In this document: positions 50,294-59,836 of the stretch, piece by piece
Numbering within the stretch: the first letter of the stretch is position 1
Layout: every line of letters begins with the position of its first letter
Assembly: GCA_963778655.1 (NCBI GenBank)
Contig: CAVZVA010000011.1
Span: forward strand, 352,001 to 416,000
Source: an uncultured delta proteobacterium
Lineage (GTDB): Bacteria > Myxococcota_A > Polyangia > Polyangiales > JAFGIB01
DNA: 64,000 bases
Reading direction: 5' to 3'
Notes under the pieces: generated by a model
What the model was told of the DNA's origin: nothing
Seen by the model: only the letters and a program-made list of their open reading frames with translations
The model's database searches: none
Program-made: the position numbers and the translations under genes

Positions 50294-52653
50294 GGGCGAT
50301 CGACCGCAAGCTGCTGCGCGACCTCGGCCAGATGACAGGCCAGGTGATCACCATCGCGCTGGTGGTCGCCTGCGGGATCGCCAGCTACGTGGCGACCAAG
50401 GGCACCTACTACTCGCTGCTGCGGGCACGCGACGGCTACTACGAGCGCAACCGCTTCGCGGACGTGTTCGCGCACCTGGAGCGCGCGCCGGCCTCGCTGC
50501 GCCGGCGGATCGAGGCCATCGACGGCGTAGCCCGCGCGGAGCTGCGCGTGGTGCAGCGGGTCAGCGTGCCGATCGCGAGCATGCCCGAGCCGGCGATCGC
50601 CCAGCTGGTCTCGCTGCCTGCGCGCGGCGTGCCGGCGCTGGGCGCGATCTCGCTGCGCGAGGGGCGCATGTTCGAGCCGGGGCGCGCGGACGAGGTGGTG
50701 GTGCTGGAGGCGTTCGCACGCGGCCACCATCTGGCCATCGGCGACAAGCTGCCAGTGGTGATCGCGGGCATTCGGCGCGAGCTGCGCATCGTGGGCACCG
50801 CGCTCAGCCCGGAGTTCGTGTTCTCGATCGCACCCGGCGAGATGACGCCCGACCCGCGCCGCTTCGGCGTGCTGTGGATGGACCAGAGCGTGGTGTCGGC
50901 GGCATTCGTGATGCGGGGCGCGTTCGACGACCTGCTGGTGCGGCTGCAACCGGGCGCATCGGAGCCGGCGGTGATCGAGGCGCTCGACCGCCTGCTCGAG
51001 CCCTACGGCTGTCGCGGCGCCCACGGCCGCGACAAGCAGCTCTCGAACAACGTGCTGCGCGGCGAGCTGGCGCAGCTCGAGACGCTGACCACGCTGCTGC
51101 CGACCATTTTCCTGTGCGTGGCGGCGTTCCTGATCAACGTCGTGCTCTCGCGCCTGGTCCAGTTGCAGCGGCCCCAGATCGCCACGCTCAAGGCGGTCGG
51201 CTACGGCCGCAGGCAGGTCGGCCTGCACTACCTGAAGCTGGTGTCGGTGGTCGTGCTGGGCGGGTCGGTGCTGGGGGTGGCGGTCGGAGCCTGGCTGGGC
51301 GGCGAGCTGACCCAGCTGTACACCCGCTACTTCCACTTTCCCTCGCTCGCGTTCACCCTCGAGCCGCGTCTGCTGATCCTGGCGCTCGGCAGCAGCCTGC
51401 TGGCCGCGGTGGCTGGCGCGCTCGGCGCGGTGCGCGCGGTGATGCGGCTGCCGCCCGCCGAGGCGATGCGGCCCGAGGCGCCCACCAGCTACCGGCGCGG
51501 CATCAGCGAGCGCATCGGCTTGCCGCTGCTGTTCGGGCAGGCCGCCCAGATGGTGCTGCGCGAGATCGAGCGCAGGCCGCTGCGCGCGCTGCTGTCGTCG
51601 CTGGGCATCGCGATGTCGGTCGCGGTGCTGATCGCGGGCCGCTTCGGCAGCGACGCGGTCGAGTGGTACATGCAGGTACAATTCGAGCTCTCGCAGCGCG
51701 AGGACATGAACGTCAGCTTTCGCCGCCCCCTGCCGGAGCGCGCGCTGCGCGAGCTGGCGCACCTGCCGGGCGTGCGTCGCACCGAGGGCCTGCGCCTGGT
51801 CGCCGTACGCTACCGCGCCGGGCCGAGATCGCGCGAGAGCGTGCTGTTCGGACACCCCGCGCACGCCAAGCTGCGCCGCGTGCTCGATCGCGACGGCAGC
51901 CTCGAAACACCGCCCGAGCACGGCGTGCTGCTGACGCGCACGCTGGCGCAGATCCTCGGCGTGCGCATAGGCGATCAGATCGAGATCGAGGTGCTCGAAG
52001 GCCAGCGCGGGCGGCACCAGGTCGTGGTGGCGGGGCTCGCGGACGAGGTCTTCGGGTTGTTCGGCCACATGCAAGCCGACTCGCTGGCTCGCCTGCTGGG
52101 CAGTGAGCCGATGATCTCGATGGCCCTGCTCAGCGTCGACCCCGACAAGCGCGAGCAGCTCGAGCGAGCGCTCAAGGCGCGCCCGGAGGTGCTGGGCGTG
52201 AACCGGCTCGACAACCTGCTGCAGCAGTTCCGCGAGCAGACCGCGGGCCAGATGCGTTTCACCACCCTGATCCTCACCATATTCGCCGCCGTGATCGCGT
52301 GCGGCGTGATCTACAACAACGCCCGCATCGCGCTCTCGACGCGCAGCCGCGACCTGGCGAGCCTGCGCGTGCTGGGCTTTCGGCGCGGCGAGATCTCCGC
52401 CATCTTGCTCGGCGAGCTGGCGATCCAGGTGCTGGTCGCGCTGGTGCCGGGCATGTGGCTCGGCGGCGTCATCGCCGGCCAGATGATGGCCCACGCCGAC
52501 CCCGAAATGTATCGCTTCCCGGTGGTGATCTCCGCCCGCACCTACGCCTTCGCGGCGCTGGTCACGCTGGTCGCCTCGCTCGCGAGCGCGCTGGTGGTGC
52601 GCCGGAAGCTCGACCGGCTCGACCTGATCGGCGTGCTCAAGAGCCGCGAGTGA
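50287..52653 (+). CDS. FtsX/MacB-like ABC permease (duplicated architecture)
   Basis: RKLLRDL start region; QIATLKAVG and DLASLRVLG motifs; two TM bundles. Confidence 0.9.
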   Translation: MVRAIDRKLLRDLGQMTGQVITIALVVACGIASYVATKGTYYSLLRARDGYYERNRFADVFAHLERAPASLRRRIEAIDGVARAELRVVQRVSVPIASMPEPAIAQLVSLPARGVPALGAISLREGRMFEPGRADEVVVLEAFARGHHLAIGDKLPVVIAGIRRELRIVGTALSPEFVFSIAPGEMTPDPRRFGVLWMDQSVVSAAFVMRGAFDDLLVRLQPGASEPAVIEALDRLLEPYGCRGAHGRDKQLSNNVLRGELAQLETLTTLLPTIFLCVAAFLINVVLSRLVQLQRPQIATLKAVGYGRRQVGLHYLKLVSVVVLGGSVLGVAVGAWLGGELTQLYTRYFHFPSLAFTLEPRLLILALGSSLLAAVAGALGAVRAVMRLPPAEAMRPEAPTSYRRGISERIGLPLLFGQAAQMVLREIERRPLRALLSSLGIAMSVAVLIAGRFGSDAVEWYMQVQFELSQREDMNVSFRRPLPERALRELAHLPGVRRTEGLRLVAVRYRAGPRSRESVLFGHPAHAKLRRVLDRDGSLETPPEHGVLLTRTLAQILGVRIGDQIEIEVLEGQRGRHQVVVAGLADEVFGLFGHMQADSLARLLGSEPMISMALLSVDPDKREQLERALKARPEVLGVNRLDNLLQQFREQTAGQMRFTTLILTIFAAVIACGVIYNNARIALSTRSRDLASLRVLGFRRGEISAILLGELAIQVLVALVPGMWLGGVIAGQMMAHADPEMYRFPVVISARTYAFAALVTLVASLASALVVRRKLDRLDLIGVLKSRE

Positions 52654-52688
52654 GCAGGACCGACACGCATGCGTTCGGACCAAGATTC

Positions 52689-52746
52689 ACGGCAAGGCGG
52701 GAAGCCCGGATCCATGTTGTTCTTCCCATCTTGCCGCCTTCCTGTT
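52689..52746. repeat. REP-like palindrome (GGGAAG/CTTCCC family)
   Basis: CGGCAAGGCGGGAAG...CTTCCCATCTTGCCGCCTTCCTGTT, related to 54131-54191. Confidence 0.7.
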
Positions 52747-52800
52747 GCACTCTCCGGAGTTTGCCTCCAAGGCGGAAGCTGAAACGAGCGTGGAGCCGTG

Positions 52801-54108
52801 ATGGATGATTCGCCGACAGCCCGCGACGAGCAGCCCGCGCCCGCCTCGCGCGGCGAGGGGCGCCCGCAGCCGCAGGCCGGGCGCAGCAGGGCACAGCGGG
52901 AACAGCGCAAGCGGCTGTGGGCGAGCCGGGCGCGGCGCACCGGGCTGTGGCTGCTCGCGCTCGCGGGCGCCGGCGCCGTGGCCTACGCCTGGCTGCCCAA
53001 GCCGGTCGCGGTCGACCTCGGTCGGGTCGAGCGCGGGCACCTGCAGGTCACGGTCGACGAGGACGGGCGCACGCGCGTCAAGGATCGCTACCTGGTCTCG
53101 GCGCCGTTGCTGGCCAACGTGGCGCGCATCGAGCTCAATCCAGGCGACCCGGTCGAGCCCGGCACGGTGTTGGCGCGACTGTTGCCGCTGCAGGCGCCGT
53201 TGCTCGACGCGCGTAGCAAGGCCGAGGCCGAGGCGCGAGTGGCGGCGGCGGCCGCGCAGCGCCGCCAGGCCTATTCCACGGTGGAGCGGGTGCGTACCGG
53301 GCTCGAGCTCGCGCAGCGCGAGGCCACGCGGCAGCGCTCGCTGACCGGCAGCGGGGCAGTCTCCGCGCGCAGCCTCGAGCAAGCCGAGCTCGAGGAGCGC
53401 GCGCGGCGGCAGGAGCTGGCGAGCTCCGAGTTCGGCGCGCGCGTGGCCGACTACGACCTGCAGATGGCGCGGGCCGCGCTCGGCCGCCTGGGCAAGCCGC
53501 ACGGCGACCAGGAGCAGATCGACGTGGTCTCGCCGGTGAAGGGCCGGGTGCTCAAGGTGATGCAGCAGAGCGAAGGCGCGGTGCAGCCGGGCGTCCCGTT
53601 GCTCGAGATCGGCAACCCCGCCGCGCTGGAGATCGTGGTCGACGTGCTGACCAGCGACGCGGTGCACATCCGTCCCGGCGCGAGCGTATCGATCGAGCGC
53701 TGGGGCGCGGACCAGCCGTTGCGCGCCCACGTGCGCCTGGTCGAGCCGAGCGCGTTCACGCGCGTCTCCGCGCTCGGCGTCGAGGAGCAGCGCGTCAACG
53801 TCATCATCGACCTGGACGAGCCGCGCAGCGTGTGGGCCGCGCTGGGCGACGGCTATCATGTGGAAGCCCGCATCGTGGTCTGGGAAGGCGACGGCGTGCT
53901 GCAGGTTCCAGCGAGCGCGACTTTCCGCCGCGAGCCCGGTTGGGCGGTGTTCCGCGTGGCGGACGGCAAGGCCCAGCTGGTGCCGATCACGATCGGCCAC
54001 GTGAGCACGGAACGGGTCGAGGTGTTGCGCGGCTTGCACGAAGGTGACCCGGTGATCGTCCACCCCAGCGATCGCGTGAGCGACGGCACCCGCGTAGTCG
54101 CACGCTAG
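52801..54108 (+). CDS. Efflux membrane-fusion protein (HlyD/MacA-like)
   Basis: One TM, VDEDGRTR, coiled coil, SPVKGRV and SALGVEEQRV. Confidence 0.92.
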   Translation: MDDSPTARDEQPAPASRGEGRPQPQAGRSRAQREQRKRLWASRARRTGLWLLALAGAGAVAYAWLPKPVAVDLGRVERGHLQVTVDEDGRTRVKDRYLVSAPLLANVARIELNPGDPVEPGTVLARLLPLQAPLLDARSKAEAEARVAAAAAQRRQAYSTVERVRTGLELAQREATRQRSLTGSGAVSARSLEQAELEERARRQELASSEFGARVADYDLQMARAALGRLGKPHGDQEQIDVVSPVKGRVLKVMQQSEGAVQPGVPLLEIGNPAALEIVVDVLTSDAVHIRPGASVSIERWGADQPLRAHVRLVEPSAFTRVSALGVEEQRVNVIIDLDEPRSVWAALGDGYHVEARIVVWEGDGVLQVPASATFRREPGWAVFRVADGKAQLVPITIGHVSTERVEVLRGLHEGDPVIVHPSDRVSDGTRVVAR

Positions 54109-54130
54109 TCCGCAACATCCCCAGGCTTCA

Positions 54131-54191
54131 ACAGGAAGACGGGAAGGCGGGAAGCAGGCGCTGTGTCCTTCCCGTCTTCCCGCCTTCCTGT
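54131..54191. repeat. REP-like palindrome between convergent genes (possible terminator role)
   Basis: ACAGGAAGACGGGAAGGCGGGAAG-N13-CTTCCCGTCTTCCCGCCTTCCTGT; 24-bp arms complementary at 22/24 positions. Confidence 0.85.
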
Positions 54192-54222
54192 GACCTTTGG
54201 AGCTTGGGCCCGCCCGCGGGGC

Positions 54223-55176
54223 TCAGGGCGAGTCCTCGCTTGGCAGGGGTGGTGGCCCTGGGGGGCGTAGGATCGAGGTGGCGATCGAGGCGCCCAGCAG
54301 GCCCGCGATCACGCCCAGCGAGACCGCGATCGGCAGCTCGTAGATCTTGGCGATCAACATCTTGACGCCCACGAACGCCAGCACCAGACCGAGCCCGACC
54401 TTGAGATAGTGGAACTTCTGCATCAGCCCCGCGAGCGCGAAGTAGAGCGAGCGCAGGCCGAGGACGGCGAAGATGTTCGAGGTGTAGACGATGAACGGAT
54501 CGCGCGTCACCGCGAACACCGCGGGAATCGAGTCGGTCGCGAACACCAGGTCGGTCGCCTCGACCACCACCAGCACCATCAGCAGCGGCGTGGCGTACCT
54601 GCGGCCGTTCTCCACCACGGTGAAGCGGCCGCCACGGTAGTCGGACACCGAGGGGACGACACGGCGAAAGAGCCGCAACACCGGGTTGCGCTCGGGGTGG
54701 ACATCGCCCTCGCGCTGCAAGAGCAGCCGGACCCCGGTGAACACCAGGAAGGCCCCGAACAGATACAGCACCCAGTGGAAGCGCGCGAGCAGCGCGGTGC
54801 CCAGCAGGATGAAGAGCACGCGCATCGCGATCGCGCCGACCACGCCCCAGAACAGCACCCGATGCTGCAGCGCGGCCGGCACCGCGAAATAGGAAAAGAT
54901 CACCAGGAACACGAACAGGTTGTCGACCGAGAGCGCCTTCTCGATCACGTAACCGGTCAGAAACTCGAGCGCGCGCTCGGGGCCGAACCAGAAGCCCACC
55001 GCGACGTTGAACGCCAGCGCCAGGCCGATCCACACCGCGCTCCACGCCAGCGCCTCGCGCGCGCGGATCTCGTGGGGTGTGCGGTGGAACACACGCAGAT
55101 CCAGCACCAGCATGGCCAGCACGAATGCGGTGAAACCGAGCCAGGCTCCCAGCGAGCCGACGCTGTCCACGCTCAT
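54223..55176 (-). CDS. TerC/Alx family membrane protein
   Basis: GYVIEKALSVDNLFVF, EATDLVFATDSIPA and YTSNIFAVLGLRSLYF. Confidence 0.95.
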   Translation of the reverse strand: MSVDSVGSLGAWLGFTAFVLAMLVLDLRVFHRTPHEIRAREALAWSAVWIGLALAFNVAVGFWFGPERALEFLTGYVIEKALSVDNLFVFLVIFSYFAVPAALQHRVLFWGVVGAIAMRVLFILLGTALLARFHWVLYLFGAFLVFTGVRLLLQREGDVHPERNPVLRLFRRVVPSVSDYRGGRFTVVENGRRYATPLLMVLVVVEATDLVFATDSIPAVFAVTRDPFIVYTSNIFAVLGLRSLYFALAGLMQKFHYLKVGLGLVLAFVGVKMLIAKIYELPIAVSLGVIAGLLGASIATSILRPPGPPPLPSEDSP

Positions 55177-55302
55177 GTCGGGGGATCCATAGCCACCCGT
55201 CCTGAAGCGACAACGCCCCCGCTGCGCAGGATATTCGCCGGGACGGCGCAAGAGGTGCACCGGCAGGGGCCCAATCGGGTTGTATGCGCGTGAGCAACAA
55301 GG

Positions 55303-55318
55303 CGGCACGGGACTTGCA
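55303..55318 (+). promoter_or_regulatory. Sigma54 -24/-12 promoter
   Basis: CGGCACGGGACTTGCA has GG-N10-GC spacing with TTGCA, about 43 bp before GTG 55361. Confidence 0.65.
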
Positions 55319-55360
55319 AAGCCCTACGCGACCCCTTCCCAGACTCCCGCGAGGTCGCTC

Positions 55361-55831
55361 GTGAAAATTTCCCTACTCATCGTCGAACGCGGATCGCAAT
55401 GGCTGGAGCACATCAAGCGCTGGCGCAAGCCGGCCAACGACTTGCTGGTCGTCACCCAGCACCGCAGCGAACCGAACCGGGAGTTCCGGGCACGCGTGCT
55501 GGATCGGCTCGAGCGCCTGCGGCAGCGGCGGGCGGCCGTGGATCAGGTGATGGTGGTCGCGGGCGGCGCCCAGGACCCGATGACCCTGCTATCGCGCGCA
55601 CAGATGCTGGGCGCGATGCTGTCCAGGCTGAGCGCGGAGGTGCACATCGTGCTCAACTGCGATGCGCGCAGCGGTGACCCTGCGCAACGCCAGATGAAGG
55701 CGCTGGCCGATACCGTGGTGGAGCAGGCCGGCCACCCGGCAGGCCGCATCCGCCTGCTCGCCGATTGCTTCGCGCTGGGCGTTGCCGACGCCGCGCTGGG
55801 CCTGAGCGACGCTGCGCTGGCCCTGACCTGA
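55361..55831 (+). CDS. Hypothetical protein
   Basis: Codon-biased frame (V)KISLLIVERGSQW..., with a GAGG SD and a sigma54-like promoter upstream. Confidence 0.7.
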   Translation: MKISLLIVERGSQWLEHIKRWRKPANDLLVVTQHRSEPNREFRARVLDRLERLRQRRAAVDQVMVVAGGAQDPMTLLSRAQMLGAMLSRLSAEVHIVLNCDARSGDPAQRQMKALADTVVEQAGHPAGRIRLLADCFALGVADAALGLSDAALALT

Positions 55832-55881
55832 GCGCAGCGTCGCGCGCGATGCCCACCCCGGGGTCGAGGTCGAGCGCGTTG

Positions 55882-56073
55882 CTAAATGACCGATCACGAT
55901 TCGGGAATGGCCATGCCGGTCGGTCATTTGGCGGTGCGGCGGATGCCGCACCACCGCGAGAGGGTGAATACGCGAGGCTTTGCCTCGCGCGCAGGCAGTC
56001 GGCGCGACTCCCTGACAATCAAAGGAGAAATCAGAGTTTGTGATTCGATCCCGAATCGCGAGCTCTGATCTGG
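55882..56073. mobile_element. Composite hairpin element C containing 98-bp repeat copy 2 (55972-56069)
   Basis: Left end CTAAATGACCGATCACGATTCGGGA versus reverse-complemented right end CCAGATCAGAGCTCGCGATTCGGGA; five internal hairpins. Confidence 0.6.
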
Positions 56074-56173
56074 CGTGGGTCGCGCGTTGCGACCAGCGCT
56101 GCGGCTCCCGGTTCGAGCCGCGTGCGCCGCGGCTCGGGCCCCGCACGCGCTTGCGACGCGCTTGCGGGACCAG

Positions 56174-56599
56174 TCAGCCTGCGTGGCCGAGCCACATACC
56201 CAACGCCAAACCCAGCAGCACGTAGGCCGTGAGCAGCACGTAGGTGAGGTCGCGCTCACGCAAGAACAGCAGAAAGCAGAAGCTGACCCGGCCCAGCGGC
56301 ACCAGGCTGAGCACGAACAGGCCCAGCGTCAGCACGGAGTGAGGGTCGCCCGCGCGCATCGCCCGCACCAGCTCGGCCAGGGATTGGCGCTCGTGCAGCT
56401 GCCCCGCCCGAACCAGCTGGTAGCGCTGCACGTACTGGGCGGGCGACTGGACCACGGCGAGCAGCATGCCGGTCGCCAGCAGCAGCATCGCCACAGCCAG
56501 CACGGTGCGCAGCAGCAACGGCGTCCACGCGCGCAAGATGCGGTCCTCCTCGGAGCTCACGGCCGCTGCTCGATCTGCCTGCGGTGACTCGGGGTGCAT
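56174..56599 (-). CDS. DUF1634-like membrane protein
   Basis: TM pattern with LGLFVLSLVPLGRV...ERDLTYV; lies directly after the TSUP gene, a usual pairing. Confidence 0.8.
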   Translation of the reverse strand: MHPESPQADRAAAVSSEEDRILRAWTPLLLRTVLAVAMLLLATGMLLAVVQSPAQYVQRYQLVRAGQLHERQSLAELVRAMRAGDPHSVLTLGLFVLSLVPLGRVSFCFLLFLRERDLTYVLLTAYVLLGLALGMWLGHAG

Positions 56600-56602
56600 A
56601 GC

Positions 56603-57430
56603 TCAAATACCGGCCAGCGCGCGCCAGCCCATCTCCACAGCGATCAGCAGCAGGATCAGCACGAAGCCGAGCCGCAGCCGGCGCGCGCGGAGGCGCGGCA
56701 GCAAGCGGCTGCCGCCGAGCGCGCCCAGCGTGACGCCGATCGCGACCGGCCCGGCCACGGTGGTCGAGATATCGCCGCGCGCGAGAAACACCAGCGCGCC
56801 GGCACCCGCGGTCACGCCGATCATGAAGTTGCTGGTCGCGCTCGAGACCTTGAGCGGCAGCCGCATGAAATAGTCCATCGCCACCACCTTCACCGCGCCG
56901 GCCCCGACCCCGAGCATGCCGGAAAGCACCCCCGCGACCAGCATCAGCGATGCGCCCAGCGGCAGCCGCACGACCTCGTAGTGCACGGGCCTGCCGTCCG
57001 GGCCCGGCACTTCCCCCACCAGCGCAAGCCGCCGCGCCAGCGGATCACCGACCGCGATCACCTGGTCGTCGTGGCGGTGCAAGCTGAAGAAGGCCGATGC
57101 CAGCATCATCGCCGCGAACAACAGCTCGAGCGCCACAGGCGGGATAAGTCCGGCAAGGTACGCGCCGGTCACCGCGCCGGTCACGGTCGCGCACTCGAGC
57201 ACCATCGCAACCCTGAGGTTGGTCCAGCCGTCGCGGACGAAGGCCACGCTCGCGCCGGCGCTGGTGGCGACCACCGAGATCAGGCTGGCGCCGACCGCGA
57301 CGTGCATCGGCATCCGGGCGCCAATTACGAGCGCGGGCACGATGAACACGCCGCCCCCCAGACCGGACACCGAGCCGACGAACCCGGCGCCGATCGCCAG
57401 CGCCAACAGGCTACCCACGATCTCCAGCAT
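56603..57430 (-). CDS. TSUP (TauE/SafE) family transporter
   Basis: GLGGGVFIVP, SLISVVATS, GMLGVGAG and KVSSATSNFMIGVT. Confidence 0.92.
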   Translation of the reverse strand: MLEIVGSLLALAIGAGFVGSVSGLGGGVFIVPALVIGARMPMHVAVGASLISVVATSAGASVAFVRDGWTNLRVAMVLECATVTGAVTGAYLAGLIPPVALELLFAAMMLASAFFSLHRHDDQVIAVGDPLARRLALVGEVPGPDGRPVHYEVVRLPLGASLMLVAGVLSGMLGVGAGAVKVVAMDYFMRLPLKVSSATSNFMIGVTAGAGALVFLARGDISTTVAGPVAIGVTLGALGGSRLLPRLRARRLRLGFVLILLLIAVEMGWRALAGI

Positions 57431-57434
57431 GGAA

Positions 57435-59666
57435 TCAGTATTCGAAGCCGCTGCCGCCGATGAACTCGCGCAGGATCGAGGTGGGCGGGACTTGGTCGGG
57501 GTAGATGGTGACGAAGCGATCGAGCAACCGCAAGAGGCGATAGGCTGTCGTGTAGGCTGAGCTGTCGTGCGGCACCTCGAGCAGGTAGCGCTCGGCGTAT
57601 ACCCTCAACACGGCGGGCTCGTACACCAGCGACGAGTCGAACACCGCGTCGACCTCGTGCTGGAAGGGGTAGATGTGGCGGCGCTCGCCCCTGCGCACCG
57701 AAGGCCAGCGCAGGATGTTGGCCTCGGCCGTGGTGGCGCGGTGGTGCCGGTCCCGCACGATGCGCCGCAGCAAGCGCAGGTCCGAGGCGTGGATGCGGCT
57801 GAGGTGGTCGAAGGGCAACTGCGTCAGCGGGCTGATGAAGATGCCAAACGCGCGCTCTCGCGGCGCGTCGCCGAGGATCGCGGGGTTGATGCCGTGGATG
57901 CCTTCGACCACCAGCACGTCCCGCGCGCCGAGCTCGATCTCGGCGCCGCCCGCCGGCTGGCTGCGCCCGTTGCGAAAATCGTAGCGCGCGGTTCGCACCC
58001 GCTGGCCGGCGAGCAAGCCGTGGATGTGATCGCCGAGCAGGCGCAGGTCGAGCGCCTCGAGCGCTTCGTAGTCGTATTCGCCCTGCGCGTCGCGCGGCGT
58101 CCGCTCGCGATCGAGATAGTAGTCGTCGAGCGAAAGCCCGATCGGGTTGACGGCGTTGACCTGAAGCTGAACGCGCAATCGCTTGATGAAGGTGGTCTTG
58201 CCGGCCGAGCTGGGGCCTGCCACGCACACCAGCTTGACCTCGCCGCGCCGCGTCGCGATGGTGTCCGCGATCTGACCGATCGACTTCTCGTGGAAGCCCT
58301 CGTGCACCCGGACCAGCTGGGTGACGTTGCCGTCGATGCAGGCGCGGTTGAAAGCGCCGACGCTGGTGACGGCCAGCGTGGCCAAGAAGCGATCCTCGCC
58401 CACGGTCATGGCCCGCGTCTGCTCGGAGACCTCGCGCGCTTCGGCGGCGAAGCGCGCCGGCTCGCCGGCTGGACGCGCGGCCGGGTGCGGCGAGGCCATC
58501 GCGATCGGCGGGCTGCTCGGCTTCGGCGGCGGGGCGCTGGCCCGCCTATCGCCGTACAGCAACAGCAGGCCGTCCTCGTCACGTTCGATCGCGAAGTCGC
58601 GCAGCAACCGCGCGTGCGCGACCAGCGGGGTCAGCCCCAGCGCATAGACCTCGCCGTAGCTGACCAGCGGCACGGCCGAATCGCGCCAGGTCGCGAGCAG
58701 CTCCGCGACGTGGGGCAGCGCGCGCTCCCGAAATAGCTCGCGCGCCTCGCCCGCGGTCCACAGCTCCTCGCGCAGCTGCGCGCCGCCGCTCGCGATGCGC
58801 CGCATCTCGGGCTCGAGCGCGTCCACAAAGCGCTGAAGGACGCGCTCGTCGCCGCCGTGCACGCGCACCCGCTGCCCGAACCCCACCGAGCGCTCGAGAT
58901 CGACGCGCGCCCCGGGCTCGACACGCTGGGCTGCCTCGAGCAACAGCAGCCCCAGGCTCTGGCGATAGATCCGTTGGCCCTCCCAGTGGGCGACGCTCAG
59001 CGGCTCGAGCGCGCACGGCGAGGACACCACGCTCGAGAGCGAGACCGCCCTGCGGTCGATCAAGCCGGCGACGACCGGACGGCCGTCGACCTCCGCCGGG
59101 AGCAGCTCGGCTATCGGCGTGCCCGGATGGATGCTGCGCGGCTGCCCGCACACGCGCAGCTCGATCACCGCGCGCCGTGGCAGTGAGCGCTCGCGCAGCA
59201 AGGTGCGGATGCCGTCGGTCATATGGGTGAGGCGCGCGGCGACGCTGGCGGTGATCGCCTCGAGCAGGTGGCGGCCGAGCTCGGGGTAGCGGGCGTGCAG
59301 CCTCAGGTATTGCGCGTGCGAGAGGCGGGCCAGCAGCATCTCGTCGCGGGTGGTGACCGAGGCGGCGCGCGGCAAGCCGGCCACCAGCGCGAGCTCGCCG
59401 AAATGCTCGCCAGGTCCGATGCGCTCCACCTCGACGCGGCCCCGCGCGACCACGGCGTGGCCCGCCAGACAGAAGTACATGCTGCGGTCGGTGGCACCCT
59501 CCGTGACGATCACGCTGCGCGCCGGAAGGCGCACCGGCTCGACCACAGCCGCGAGCCGTTCGAGCTCGAACGGCGACAGATCCGCGAGCAACGCGCTGTC
59601 GGCCAAAGCGCGTGCCAGCCTCGCGGGATCGGCGGCTGGATCCACGGTCACGGGCTCCGCTGCCAT
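57435..59666 (-). CDS. cNMP-binding domain + ThrRS-N-like region + uridine/nucleoside kinase fusion
   Basis: GEHFGELALVAGLPRAASV (cNMP cassette); EGQRIYRQSL; AGPSSAGKTT, LSLDDYY, VEGIHG, LRRIVRD and SILREFIGGS. Confidence 0.88.
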   Translation of the reverse strand: MAAEPVTVDPAADPARLARALADSALLADLSPFELERLAAVVEPVRLPARSVIVTEGATDRSMYFCLAGHAVVARGRVEVERIGPGEHFGELALVAGLPRAASVTTRDEMLLARLSHAQYLRLHARYPELGRHLLEAITASVAARLTHMTDGIRTLLRERSLPRRAVIELRVCGQPRSIHPGTPIAELLPAEVDGRPVVAGLIDRRAVSLSSVVSSPCALEPLSVAHWEGQRIYRQSLGLLLLEAAQRVEPGARVDLERSVGFGQRVRVHGGDERVLQRFVDALEPEMRRIASGGAQLREELWTAGEARELFRERALPHVAELLATWRDSAVPLVSYGEVYALGLTPLVAHARLLRDFAIERDEDGLLLLYGDRRASAPPPKPSSPPIAMASPHPAARPAGEPARFAAEAREVSEQTRAMTVGEDRFLATLAVTSVGAFNRACIDGNVTQLVRVHEGFHEKSIGQIADTIATRRGEVKLVCVAGPSSAGKTTFIKRLRVQLQVNAVNPIGLSLDDYYLDRERTPRDAQGEYDYEALEALDLRLLGDHIHGLLAGQRVRTARYDFRNGRSQPAGGAEIELGARDVLVVEGIHGINPAILGDAPRERAFGIFISPLTQLPFDHLSRIHASDLRLLRRIVRDRHHRATTAEANILRWPSVRRGERRHIYPFQHEVDAVFDSSLVYEPAVLRVYAERYLLEVPHDSSAYTTAYRLLRLLDRFVTIYPDQVPPTSILREFIGGSGFEY

Positions 59667-59836
59667 GGCACGTTGTAGTTAAGCACCTCGCGGGTGGCTG
59701 CCCACAATGGGCGGATCAGCCACCCACCCGCCCGCGTCCGTGTGGGTGTGAGTCCCACGCGTCGCGGCGCGGGTCCCGAGTTGGTAACCTTGCGAGCTGG
59801 GGAATCGCGCTCCTCCGCGGCCCCCGCATCACAAGC

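Noticed and set aside
55177..55360. yybP-ykoY (Mn) riboswitch upstream of the TerC gene
   Set aside because: Conserved motif elements are not recognisable by eye.
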